A stretch of 64,000 bases of DNA from Penicillus capitatus (lineage: Eukaryota > Plantae > Chlorophyta): NCBI GenBank assembly GCA_965649825.1, contig OZ287701.1, positions 51,101 through 115,100 on the forward strand, in the 5' to 3' direction. Below, one piece after another: positions 1-14,062 of the stretch. The position numbers and the translations under genes are program-made. The notes under the pieces are model-generated. The model was not told the origin of the DNA. It saw only the letters and a program-made list of their open reading frames with translations, and did not search any database. The stretch's first letter is position 1, and every line of letters begins with the position of its first letter.

Positions 1-939
1 ACACTCTCCCCTCTCTATCAAATGCACCGGTCGATCGCTCACCTGCTGCTCAAGAAATGAAGAAATTGGTGGATTCTGGCGACGAAGTTCTCTGGATTGT
101 TCGATTCTTGATTGTACAAGAGGTCTTCTTCCGAGGCGATCTGAGCAAGCCATACAGAACAGTGGTATTAGCGAACGAAACTCGACAAGATAAGTGCTGA
201 CATGACTGAAATCGACGGCAGGGAACTGTTTTTGGTAGTATGAGCGTGCCCGTCGGCGATCGCATGGATGACTACTACAACGCTCGCGGCACAACTGCAG
301 CACACACGGATGCAAACATCCCTCGCTAAGAAAAATATCTCCACGCACTTCGACAGCCATTAATGGTGGACATTCCGCTATGGCTGATATGGCAGCATGC
401 TCACTCCTTAGATCCTATTTGCGTGTACATTGCAGGAGTGGATGCGTCAACAGTCAACGCACGTGGGCTGCTGAGAGCTCTCGCATTAGGACGGCACTGC
501 CATTGTCCCTTACGGGATCCATATCTCCAAAGAGACCACACGCCGTTTCGAGGGTACGTGTCATCGGCGAAACGATGACGAGATCCACTTTGAAATGCGG
601 TTTCAGTTTCCTCACGTGATTCCTGAGCCGATCCACCTGACATTCTCCTTTCTCACGATTGGCCTGTCATGCATCACCCACCTGTTTCCAGCCGGTCTCC
701 GTCAGATGGGCATCTAGATATCTCGGATTCTTGTATGCATTCTGATGCTTCTCCCCTGCCACATTATGAAATCCTTGGGCGTGTCGGATGAAGTGAACGG
801 TCTAGGAAAGAACAATAGCTGAGGAGTTCAGAATTTAGCAAATGTCATCGAACAGCACTTTTGTGTGTCGCAGAGGAATGAACGAAATGCGTTGCGTCAC
901 GTTCATGTCGTTCGAATCTTCACGCGAATCGGACGACAT
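1..939 (-). CDS. Phosphoglycerate mutase-like histidine phosphatase (multi-exon; 3' end runs off the window)
   Basis: Spliced N-terminus MSSDSRED...PLRHTK|TVHFIRHAQGFHNVAGE...DAHLTETGWKQ|VDRL...VIVSPMTRTLETA carries the RH(A/G) and SPxxRxxET motifs of histidine phosphatases; GT-AG introns. Confidence 0.85.
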
Positions 940-981
940 TCGAGAGAAATCGAAGAATCGACGTTGAATATACGCACGTCG

Positions 982-2963
982 TCAAATAATGTTTTCTTGC
1001 GACCATTTCCAAATGATTGTTTTCAATTGATCGCATTCGACGTGATCGTCTTCGTTCAGAATCTGCAGCAGTTCATCAATGCAGTCGGCAGATTCCGCAT
1101 GTGTCAGGACACTTCGAAAAGCGCCGAGAATAGCTCCTCTCTTTCCCTTCCAGTAATCTGGCTGCGGATCCATTCGATAGAGAACATCGAAAGCGCGCGC
1201 CGCTATTCGATAGGAACACGTCAGATAACAGTCATCAGCGATCTGCTGCAGCAACAGGAGACGATCATCTGCATCGTCGACTCGCAGAAAAAGATCCCAA
1301 GCAAAATCAGCGAGGCCATTCGCTACATAGCACCGAGCCAGCATCAGCACGTAACTCATCTCCGCCCTACTCAACACGATACAGGTGACGCAGATCGGCC
1401 AGCGTCTTGGAGGGGAACTTGGCGGCGGCGTCTTGTATGGATTCGAGTTGTGCCTGCGCTTCTTCGTATCTGCCTATGCTGAAAAAGCAGACGGCGGCGT
1501 TCCATTTGAAAATCTCTTCCGCATCGCCGGCAACGTAGTCCTGTATGGATTCCAGGAAGACGATGGCCTCTTCGTACTGGCCGTTTGTCATATAGTTGAA
1601 GGCCATGCATTGGCGGCCGAGAATGGTGTCCCGTTCTGTCTCTGAAGAGCCGACGAGCTGCAGACACTGTCGCCCTTCTTCGAGGAGAGCACCCGACTGT
1701 GTCTCCCGTCCGAGCAAGGCACATGACAGTCCCTGTCGAACGCATGACCTGCATTTCAAGCGACAAAGAGTACGTCCACCACCTTCGTGATGTAGTCGAG
1801 GGCAGATTTCGGTTCGCGTTCTCGCGTCTGGCGCTCAGCTTCTGCGTAGCTTCCTTTACTGAGGTCATACAATGCAAGATTGGTCGTCGCTTCTGGAACG
1901 GTCGAAGCAACGGACTGCCAGGCCTTTCAAAAAAGGCGGCGTCATGCTGGACAAAGTGAATGTACTCGATAGGTACTCGGTGGCCGTCGCGTCCTCGTTC
2001 AAAGACGGCTCTGTTGTGTCGCGCGAGTGGATTGAGATCTGCCCAAGTCGACGATTCGCAGACGGAACTCAGCAACGAGCACGCCACGTCGTGTCCATGC
2101 ATCTTGTAAGCATTGCATGCCTTGAGCACGCCGGCGCCGATGCTATCGGGGTGTCCGTTCAAATAGCTCTCGGTCAATTCCAAAGAAGCATCGTATAATT
2201 CCAGACGACTGTAACAAACGGCAGCGTAGAATCTCAAGGCGTTCATCTCTGGACGATCGGCAAGAATATCTGCATAGCCCTGGGCCGCCGCTTCGAAATC
2301 GCCTCGACGCACTTTTAGCGACAGGTAAGACAACCGATCTTCCATGCCGTTCGTCAACCGAGCCGCACAAGCATCGGCCTCTTCACTTCTTCCTTGCGCG
2401 AAAGCAAGATGCATAGCCAGTCGCCGCGTCAATGGACTCTCCGTTGCCTGTGCCATAAGAATGATCCAACAGCTAACAGCCAGTGTTTCTGCACTTGGCC
2501 GAGCACCGTCTCAGCCTCTTCATGCTGCGCTAGACGGTACAGGCACACAGCGATGTAGATCTGCACGTCGGACGGATCCTCTCCATCTCGAAGGTGTCTA
2601 TCCAGCTGGGCTCTATACGTCTCCAGTGCCTACCATGACTCAGGAAGTGAAACGGCGTGCGGGAAGCGTGTGCATAGCGGCATCAGGTACGTCTTCGTAT
2701 TGGCCGTTGTGGTATTGACAGTAGGCTTGCCATTGCGCAGCTGAGGAGGTTGGCTCTTCTGCCAATTCTCGACGATTCCGGCACCGCAACAACGTCAGAG
2801 CGCCTTCCCAGTCTCGACAACGGATATACTGGTCAAAGTCTAACAGCACCTCTTCGCGCTCGTCCGACTTCTCTCTCTACGACCGACGACGTTGAGAATA
2901 AACGTCAAGCGTTGTGCGTGCCTGTGTGGTGCGTCTTTGATTTCTTGGCTTTGCCAATAACAT
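982..2963 (-). CDS. IFT56: Intraflagellar transport protein 56 (TTC26/DYF-13), multi-exon
   Basis: TPR-like exons. The N-terminal ...FDQYIRCRDWEGALTLL and C-terminal CYLTCSYRIAARAFDVLYRMDPQPDYWKGKRGA resemble remembered TTC26 motifs. First intron is GC-AG (2877-2921). Confidence 0.85.
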
Positions 2964-3026
2964 GGGTCAACGCATAAATAATCGATCGTCTGAGGATCGC
3001 GCGTCTAGTGGACAGATCTTCTTTCA
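2964..3026. promoter_or_regulatory. Putative bidirectional promoter (63 bp) between IFT56 and DNALI1
   Basis: Divergent ATGs at 2963 (-) and 3027 (+); contains ATCGATCGT at 2981-2989. Confidence 0.55.
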
Positions 3027-4029
3027 ATGGCGAGCGGCATTTCTTCATTGGTCAAGTATAGCACGCCGGTCGCCATTCGTTGCAAAGTGCGTTCGAATCC
3101 GAACACCGGTCCCTCCATCTGGTTCCTTTCTTGTTGATAAAGGGCGAGGAATCTTCGTCCGACAATCGAGCTGACGGTGCACGCGATGAGGAAGACATCC
3201 TCGACACGATTTTGCCACCGAGGTCACACGCCACGTTAGATGCATCTGTCGCATCGTTTCGCAGAACCTACGAAGAAGCGGACGGCAATCTGTGGATCCA
3301 ATCCATTTCCAAGCAGCCAGCAACGCGCCATGACGTTCAGCAATTGCGTCTCCGGCTTGACCAAGAACTCGAACGGCGACGGGTCTAGCATCGCGACGCC
3401 GACCGTTCATGCTTCGACACTGTACGTCGGTCAATAGGCACGTGAAACAGGAATCTGTCCGATACGGGAAGAGCTCTATGGTCAATGCTTCGACGAGATC
3501 ATCCGTCAGGTGACAATCAACTGTGCGGAACGAGGACTTCTCTTACGCGACGTGCGCAACGAGATGAAGATGACGATCAAGGCTTACGAAGTCGAATATC
3601 TGGATACTCTGTAATCGATGGTCCGATCCCATCTGCCGTAGACACTCTTTGAGAGCGGCGTCGCCTTTGGACTGCGCAAAGCGCTGTATGGCGAAGAGAG
3701 TAAAGCAAGCAATGCCCAACGGGTCGCAGATCTTGAAGCCGATACTGCCGAACTACAGAAGCAGGTCCATAAACCGCACCAGTCTATAGGAGCGATGGAT
3801 GGCAGTCATCGAGGCCTAGGTGGTGGAATGGAAGACGAAATGCGCGGCCATTGAGAAACGCGAAGCAGAGAGGAGAGAACAGGAGATAGAGAAACACCAT
3901 GAGGAAGTGGATTATTTAGAAAACTACGGTACGTACAACTCTCTGAAACGCATCGATCGATCCAGGAGCGTCTGTTCACCAGCACAACAGCTCAAACAGC
4001 AACTGGAAGCATTGACGGCGCACGTCTGA
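3027..4029 (+). CDS. DNALI1: Axonemal inner-arm dynein light intermediate chain p28
   Basis: Spliced MASGISSLVKYSTPV...ILPPR|...ARETGICPIREELYGQCFDEIIRQVTINCAERGLLL...AYE|TLFESGVAFGLRKAL is the p28 family signature. Confidence 0.92.
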
Positions 4030-4086
4030 AATTAGCCAAAGGAGTGAGAATGTGCGATTGTCTGCGAGAGATTATGGAGGGCCCTT

Positions 4087-5953
4087 CTACATAAAAATCT
4101 TCAAGGGCAGGTTTTTGAGCCTTAGCGTTTCGCAAAGACCACCAAAATGAAAGATCCCCATTGTGCTCAGACGCATTTCGTTGCAGAGCGATTCAATCAG
4201 AACGGGATTTCCATCTGGAAACACTTCGATGCCGCGCCCCGGTCCCAACACGAGTTTTCGCAATCTTGGCATCGTTGGAATAAAATCCAAGCTCTCGGAA
4301 AACTGAAAAACGTTCCGCGACAGACTGAGTTCCTCCAATCGCGACCAGAGTTTCAGCGCCTCCGGTAGTTCATCGAAGCAGTTGGTATCCAAGAAGAGTC
4401 GACGAATACTCGACACGAAAGTCGGCTGTTCCCATGGAATCTCTTTCAGGTTATTCCCAGCAAGAGAGAGCTCTTGGATGAGGGGCAGAGAGAGCACTTC
4501 CAAAGGCACTTTTCTGAAACCAAAGTTCATAAGGTGCAGTTGCGTCAATGCCGTCAAAACGGAGAGGCCATCTCCGATGACTGAAGGAGAGAGACTGGCG
4601 ATTTCTTCAGGACAAATGCGGAGACGTGTCAGGCTCGAAAGCAGAGAGATAGCCGAGAGATCCTTGCCAAGGCGCTCTGTAAAATCTCCATACTGGGCGT
4701 TATTCAATTCCAGCCATTCTAGATTCGACAGCTTGCGCATGTCTGGCAGGGAAAACTGTCACACAAGAGCACATGCGTGAGATGGCATACCTGTCCAGTA
4801 CTTTCTTTCCTCTTTTACCAGAGCCTGAATGCTCTCCCTGTCATTGTCTTCGTCTTCGATGGCACGATCACAGTCTTGGACAATCAAATACTTAAGTGTT
4901 CGTATGGCCGTCACACATTTGACAAAGTTCCCATACCTGTCGGGCACGAGTGGACATTCTATTGAGAGGGGACGTCCTGTCCTACCACTCAATGAAAACC
5001 AAATGCAGCGTGGTGAGGTGAGGGAATTGAGCGGCATCAGCAGGTGCCAAGATTTTGATGTTTGACAGCGACAGCACTTCGATCTTTCTGGGTAACGAGA
5101 TTTCGGAGAGCACAAGCATTGGCCCTGAATGATCCCAATAGTCCTCGCATCCCTGAATCTGTACCTTCTTCAAATTCTCCAAACGGTGGAGACAGCTCAT
5201 CTAAACAGGACAGATTTCTAGACACATCTACAGCGAAGTGCGCCGGGTGACTTTGCTAATGAAGTCATGGTTCACATTCGTCACTTGGAGCTGTTCTATT
5301 GAGTAGATTCCGGCAAGCATGCTGACCAGCTGCCCACCCATGGATGGATGAAAGCAGCGATCCAGATGGAGGGCCCTATCACGAATATCCTCAGTGACAG
5401 CTGCCATACCAAAGGGCAGAAGCACTCTTGCCTGAGGTGATGGCCCAAACAACAGAGGGCGCCGAGTTTCATCTGATCGCACGTCACATCACGCACTGCC
5501 TCTTCTTCATGAATGGAGAGGGTGTCCACCAAAGGCATCTTAGGTGCCAACCATTGGAAGAATCTCAGCCATGATCTCGGATCTTGACCGATGTTTAATC
5601 TCTTTGGTCGCACATTTACCAGTCTCCACAGCTCAGGCGAATGATTGACCAATCTCCGCCATCTTTTATTGACCTGTGCCACCGAGATGGCGTGCAAGAG
5701 TGAGAAAGTGTGAGAGAACTTGAGACAAGGTAATGATACTCTCAAAGTGCTGCAAATGCGTCGGCTCCAAATGCTCGTACTTGAGTTTAATGCCGACCGG
5801 GATGGCAGCATTGTTTACACAGTACTGTCCCTGTTCCAGGGGACCGAGCACAAATCCAAATATCTTAATAAGTAAATCATCGCCGAATTCTGCTAATGGT
5901 ATAACATAGGGTTCGGGCGCGACCGACCGCGGACTCGTGACACTGCACTCCAT
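4087..5953 (-). CDS. F-box / leucine-rich repeat protein
   Basis: N-terminal F-box-like LAEFGDDLLIKIFGF...SQV|NKRWRRL...PELWR, followed by LRR exons (LPLIQELSLAGNNLKEIP, WSRLEELSLSRNVF). Confidence 0.8.
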
Positions 5954-6105
5954 GTCCTTATCCTGGAAGCCGCCACAGCTGTGCCTCGTTTGATAAGGCG
6001 TTGGTGGATCGATCGTACGTGTTCGGACGGTGCGTGGTCGGCGTCCATTGCATTCGAGATTCTCTAATTGTCGCAGCGGATCGCGTTTGCGATTCATTTG
6101 GCAAA

Positions 6106-8164
6106 ATGGACGTGCGCAATTTGGATGGCGTCGTCGCTTCGGAGCGCTGTGGCGGAAAGCCGGTTGCGTGGGTCACGTTGGTGTTAGGTTACGATCTCGC
6201 ATATGTAGCGGCAGCTTCTGTGTTGGCCACTGCGCTGAAACGACTTGAAACAAAGGCAGAATGCGTCTGCATGGTGACACCCGACGTGCCTGACTCAGCA
6301 AGAGACGACCTGGATAAAGTGTTCGACCACGTCGTCGAAGTTCCTTACTTGGAGACGCTTGCTCTTCAAAAATACTCTGAGCGCTTTGACGCCATGTACA
6401 ACTATTGGCTGGACAAAAGCTTTACGAAGTGTGGCATGTTTGCCTTGGTGGAGTACAAGAAAGTGATCTTCTTAGACGCAGATATGCTGCCACTGGAAAA
6501 CCCAGATGTGCTGTTCGACTGTCCAGCGCCAGCCGGTATCTGCTCTTCTGTCAAAGACGCCTCGGAGAATCGCCGTCTCCATGGGGTACCATTGCCACGG
6601 CTGCTCATCGATGAGTCGCTCAAGAACGGACAAGGAAACTATGGCGTCCGTGGATGTTTACTAATTATGAAGCCGGATTTGAATGTGTACCATCAAATTC
6701 GTAGCAAAGTGGACAAGATGACCTACTGTGGTTCACTGGAGTCCATGGTGGGTCCTGATGAGTACCTGATTACGCAACATTTCCAAGACGAATGGCACCA
6801 CGTCCATGCGAAATATGGATGGGTGTCTTGGGCAGATCGGCAAGATCTGGGAGAGGAGCCTTGTTTCCTGCATTATGTCAGTCAAAAGCCGTGGGATGAA
6901 GGAGAAGCGTGGGCGGATTTTGACTACTGGAAGGAAGAGGCGGGACATTTGCTGAGAGACGTCCCCGATGCAATCGTGTAAGCAAACAAGCCATCACACA
7001 TCCTCTGTTCTGAGAGCGTGTGTGATGCCTTTTTTCTTTCTCTAGGTACTTTAGTCACATCACCGAAGCGATGGCAGAGATGGCAGGAGTGGCTCTAACG
7101 TCTGACATAAGAGCGGAATCCAAGTGCGTCCGTCACATCAATGATCCCTGATTGTGAGATGATGTGTGCGTGTGTGGACAGGCGGCTAATGGAGGAAGCA
7201 CGGAGGAAGAAGTCAGAGGAGAAATTGCACAGAGAAGAACGTGCCAAGGAGTTAGGAATCGACTTGACCTCAAGTACATTTATGAATGGAAGAGCCAGTT
7301 CAAAGAACCGAGGAGGAAAACAAGAAGGATACTCGCACTCTGCAGCACACCCTGCTGGACCACTAACCTCCGCTAGGGGCACAGGAGAGAGACCATCAGA
7401 GACGGTGGCTGTGAAAGTGAGTCCGAATGTGTTATTGGTTTCCAATTTTAAACGTCCTAATGGAGCCAACAACAAACAGAAAGAAAAAGAGACGCGAGTT
7501 CAGAGACCGGGAAAACCAAAGACCTCGCCACGCAACAATCCGAACAAGAAAGAGCAGCAGCCACGTAAGAAAGCCGAGATCTGACGGCGATTGGTGATGT
7601 GACGGATGGTGTGTGTGAACAGTGGTGCCCCGGTTGAAACTCGATAACGTTGTCAAGAACAGAGAGTCTGGTGGTCCCAAGTCGGCATCTGGATTCAGTG
7701 GCAGTCATTGGAAGAAGAAACAAGGAGACAGTAAAGCAGATATCGATGATTGGAGAGCGCCTTCTGCGCGCTTGGCAACTCCGGATCGCTTGACGGAGGA
7801 GTTGCGACCATTTAGTGCTAGAATTCCACCAATGACGCCAACCAGTTCCCGACGAGGTGCTCCGTACACACAGCAGCAGCACTCTGCAAAGAGGGTGCAG
7901 ACGCCAAAGTCCTCGAGAGCAGATTTGGCAACAAGCTGGAGGTCGACGCCAAGGACCGAAGCTCGTGAAAGCGTGAACAATGTGGCAGCCCAGGGCGATA
8001 TAAGAACGTCGCATCGAGGGGCCGCCTTTCATAGCTTTCATGAAAAAGGTTTGGGAGAGACCTATGCACCGAGAGCAGCATTTCGTTCCACTGCCAATGG
8101 GGAAGGCGTTCATTCGAACAGTGATCCACAACAGTACAAAGAAATGACAGCCAGTCTCGAATGA
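6106..8164 (+). CDS. Glycosyltransferase family 8 (glycogenin/P13-like) with a long basic disordered C-terminal tail
   Basis: AWVTLV...CMVTPDV...FTK...YKKVIFLDAD (DxD) and HYVSQKPW motifs. Inferred introns near 6979-7046, 7124-7180 and 7565-7622 join the domain to the ORFs ending at 8164. Confidence 0.8.
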
Positions 8165-8727
8165 CCGGCTGAGATTTGATAGAAGCACTATTTTTTCTGC
8201 AGAGCTCTCTCTATTAGCTGAAATCACCGATTAGTGGGGAGGAGGGAATAAATGGAAGGCGTCATTGCACGATGATTACCAAGTCTCACTTCATGTGGAT
8301 CCCCGTCATGTCTGAACTCACGTACCTGTCATGCGCTGTTGTGGATTTTGGCAGTATTGTTTGATGGGGAGATACGTTGTTGTTGTTGTTTGATGATCGA
8401 CAAAGTCGACAACTGACAGACAAACAGATTCATGATGCTTTGCTCCTGTGATATTTTGCGGCATCTGTCGAATGGTTTGATGATGAATGGGGATGTAGTC
8501 AAGAGGGAAGAGTCCTTTGCCAAATCGACGTCATTTATCAACAGACAAATTGTTCTCAAGGACAACGATGATGTGTGTCCCTTGCAAAATTGAGCCTGCA
8601 GATATCGATCCGTTCCCAGTCACAATTTACAATGGAGCGAGCACACAGTCCACACCATTCTGTCCTCTGCTTTCCATATCTGTTCGTTCATTCAAAGAGG
8701 AAGAAGAGGAGAAACAAACCGCTTCAG

Positions 8728-10094
<1,367 letters not shown>

Positions 10095-10781
10095 TTCCTG
10101 TCCAAGTGGCGGAAACGAACCGCGGACGTACTAATAATGAAGCGTTGAAGCACAGATGAAGCTAAAAGTTCAACAGCATTGCGTCGGGGCCGTGAAACGC
10201 TCACGATGTGACGTCTCAATGCATGAGAACAGCGCGCGCGGTGTTAAAAATTCCACGCGGGTCGCACCTCTCGCGGCCAGACGCAGACAACATGATGTCT
10301 TCTATCATCCCCACCCCGTTTTGGTCTCAGAATCCACCTCGGGCCCTTTTGGCGACCCCGTGAATTTATGATGAACGAAATGTCGATGGTCATGTATCAC
10401 GGGATGGTGCTGTCGGAGGAGGGGTGGTGGGAAGCATGAGCGAAGTGTATGTTTGTTTGTGCATGTAAAGAATATGAATACGTTCCCCTAAAACATACGC
10501 TAGACGACGGTTGGTCGGCGCTAATGCCTAAACGGCACAATATTTCACGTGCGGTACTAAGAGTCAACACAACTAACTGACACGCGCCTATAAGCTCAGA
10601 GTGGTTCTTCGCTCCACCCGCAGGTTTTTGCCGAAGAGCGTGTGCTTAAAACAAGAACCGTGCCGTTCCATTTTCGCTAGGGCTTTTTTCTTAAGGTAAG
10701 CGAAACAGACACCTTGACAACGGCGTGCGTGGTTGGCCGTCGACGTATCCATCCGTCGAGAGGTCTGTGCGCGTGAGCCCC

Positions 10782-13320
10782 ATGGCATCAAAAATGAATT
10801 CTTTTGCGCCGTCCGTATCCGGGCCACAAAACGACGATTCAGTCGTGGCAGCTACGTATCGGAAAGGGATGCAAGCGTTTGCAGTCAAAGCCATTGACTT
10901 TCTCCATCTGACTCGGTTCAAGTTTCTAGGCCACTGTACAGGAGGAGGATTATTTGGTGACCGTGACTCACGTGTGCTCCGTCGGCTACAACTGCAAGAG
11001 AGTGTACCTCCATCTGTGTCAGGGGCGTCGGTGGCCAAGACGTTGAGAATGGTTCTTGGCGACAATTCAGAAACAGCGGTAGATAAAAAACCTGTAACAC
11101 CTCGAGAAAACGAAGATTTACTGACAATGCTGCAATCACGATGGGCTGATGGAGCTTTCTCTGACATCAAAGTACTGGCCGCCGCCCTTATGACGGTGTC
11201 GTGGAAGACGGTGTTGTGTAGGTAATAATCTTCGACCGGGAGTATCGCCTCCATCGCATGGTCCTATGCAGAAGCCCTTTCTTCGATAGACTCCTCCAAG
11301 GAGAATGGAATGAAACGAATGAGAGGGTGCGTTCCCTGTCTGTCATCTCTGCAGCGAATGCCTAAACGGCCTGTCGGTGCAGATTCTGAGATTGGAAGTG
11401 CCTGCAGTGACCATTACCTGCGAAGCATTTGAGTTGTCTTTGTCGCACATGTATGCCAATCCGGTAGAGTTGAATCGAAACAATGTCTTTCAAGTCATGG
11501 CTGCCGCAAGCTACCTGGATCTCCAGGTCAAGCACCCTCCCCTTCTGACGGCCGTGTCTGACATGTCGTCTGGATGCTGCCTGCTGCTGTAGGATCTGTG
11601 CGCTCAGTGTTCAGACCATATAATTGAATCGATGCATGATCCGGACGCCTTTCTGGATTTTTATTGTGGGGGGACTGAATTCGAGTACGGACCACACTCC
11701 GAACGCATTAAGAAATCAGGATGGCATCACCTTTGTATGATGGGTGTGGACCATCTTCGGAAGACCTTGCCCAGTTTGGACATACAGACTATCAAGAGAC
11801 TCCTTGTCAGCGACGAGTTATGGATTCGGACAGAGCTCGATAGGCAAGAAACGTCTTCGAGAGAGGACGACAGCTAACGAATGGCGTGATGTGGGATGCA
11901 GATACAAACTGGTGAAGGAGGTTTTGTTTCCGAAAGTCTTTGCTGCTCGTGAGCAATGCCGAGAGCACGGTGGCGTTGGCGGCATGCCGTTATGGTCGAA
12001 TCCATCGTTGGGATCTCCTCGTGATCCATGGGTCGTCTCCGATGCGTTTGGTCGTGTACGAGACAAGTCGGATGCTTCCAGCAATAACCAAGCGTCTTCG
12101 TCGGCGCAGCACAACCATCTTCTGGATTCGGCCGAAATCAAGGAAGACGCGTCCGGTGGAGGTGAAGGACAGTCAATCAGTCACGATCCAATGGCAAAGC
12201 CCGAGAGCGCAGAGGCGGCGGAAGCGATGGAGTGTGGAAAGAATGTGTTTGTCCGAGGAAAACCTGGTCCGCTCTCTTCACAGGGAGTCGACGACTTTTC
12301 GATCCAAGGAGATAACAGTCAAGAAAACCGCGTTGAAGAAGAGGCAGCTGAGAGACTCTCAATAACGGCAGTCGATGGAAGGGATTTGCCTGAGAGCAGC
12401 ACGAGAGAGAATCAGGAAGGCCATCCGAGTGGATCCTTCGGACTGCTTGTCGCGAGAGAAGATATTTCTGAACATCTTCACTTAAAAGAAACTGTCATGG
12501 AAGTGCGAGATGTCTTGAACGTAATACTCGTCGCACTCGTAAGCTCTTCGTTCGATCGTCTGTTGTCTGTAGGCGGCATCAGACGTTCTTGGACTCGAAG
12601 GAATAAAGTACTCTCACATTCAACATGCTGATTTGTCAAAGATCGAGATCGAACTCCATGAGATGGGTCTGAACCGTGCACACCACGCTTTACTTCAAGG
12701 AATGCGTACTCAAGATATTCTCTATAAGAGAATCGAAGCATGTTCGCCGGTCGAAGATCAAGCGGTCCAGGTTCGTATCGAGTCTCTAGAGTGATACGTG
12801 TGTCTGATGGGTGGCGGTTTAGGGAGGTCGGACAGGATCATATCCCAAGAACTTGCACCCTTACAGCCAAAAAGATCTACAAGATTTGTATAGTCGTTGG
12901 TGGCTTCCATCTTTTCGATTTGGGGTAGAATTTGCGGATGTTAGAAAGATTACTCCCCAGACAGAACAAATATCTGAAGCGCATTACTATGCTGGTTCCG
13001 TCTGGAAAGTGAGATTGCTGATCGATGATAGCAAAAACGAAGTGCGCTTGCATCTGTTCCGCAACCAAAGAAAGATCGGGAGAATTGGAGGCATGCAAGT
13101 TCCGTATGATTCTCGTGACGTCGTTTGCACACGATTCAAGTTTCTGGTTCCAAGTCGCGATGGCATGGCGGCTCGTTCAAGCAGACCAGGAAGATTTCAG
13201 CAGAAAAAAGGCAGAGGCTGGAATGATTTTCTACGTTTGGACAACATAGAGAACTTCTTGACACCGTGGGGCAGTCTCAGAGTTATTGTGATAGTTTATC
13301 CCCCATTCGAGACAGATTAA
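10782..13320 (+). CDS. BTB/POZ-BACK protein with C-terminal MATH-like domain (germ cell-less-like)
   Basis: FSDIKVLAA...HRMVLCRSPFFDRLLQGEWNE (BTB); VFQVMAAASYLDLQ|DLCAQC (BACK); C-terminal FRFGVEF...HYYAGSVWKV. Confidence 0.8.
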
Positions 13321-14062
13321 GAACAACAACAGCAACAGCAACAATGCACCACCCGCCTTCGTCATTTTTGCTTTCTTCTATCCGATTTCACGAGCGTCTG
13401 TGTACATGATCGCGCTACTTACTTTGATAATGTTCGTACAATACCTTTCATTTTGTGACATGCACGAGTTCCTCCACGAAACGGGTCGTTTTATTTCGTG
13501 CTCAAGAATAACCATTGCCTAAGAGTGAGATGTGTGTCTCTGCATGCATGTCTTCAATTTCAACTACCACCGCTCCATCACAGATTAATGCATTAAGGGT
13601 GTCGAATGCTCTCCGTTCACCGTCGCTCGTTCGTTCGTTCTTTGATGCAGTCCTTTCACGAATACAGCAGCAGCACATGTGCAACGGACATTCCAATTTC
13701 ATTGTTGACCAATATCCTCTATTTTCCGAAATTTTTCAAACTGGATTATGCAAAACGCCAGTTGACACACTATCGCTTGCCGTTTTGAGTACATTAATCT
13801 CGTATCGTTGCACGTCTGTGGTTGTTTAAGCGACAAAAATATTGACTGACTGACAAACGACTGCTCATGATTGAACTGAACGGACTTGATGACGGGCGAA
13901 CGGGGGGTGCTTGGATGATAGATGGCTGGCTGGTTGGATTGGCTGACGGACTGGCTGGAAACCCCCTCACTCAACATCCAAGATTAACCTACTGACCGTA
14001 ATTCTCATAAAAACACTGCCACGATCATTGCATTGCACTCAACTGCCACGTGGATCGCGATC

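Noticed and set aside
865-1482. 205-aa plus-strand ORF
   Set aside because: Antisense shadow of IFT56 exons.
2961-3174. Plus-strand ORF sharing the CATG palindrome with the IFT56 start codon
   Set aside because: The product is not protein-like, and the true DNALI1 start at 3027 is in another frame with family-matching sequence.
13825-13975. Short (ACTG)n and (GGCT)n runs, also (CAAT)n/(GGAT)n at 23970-24000
   Set aside because: Ordinary microsatellite-like UTR or intergenic sequence with no further structure.
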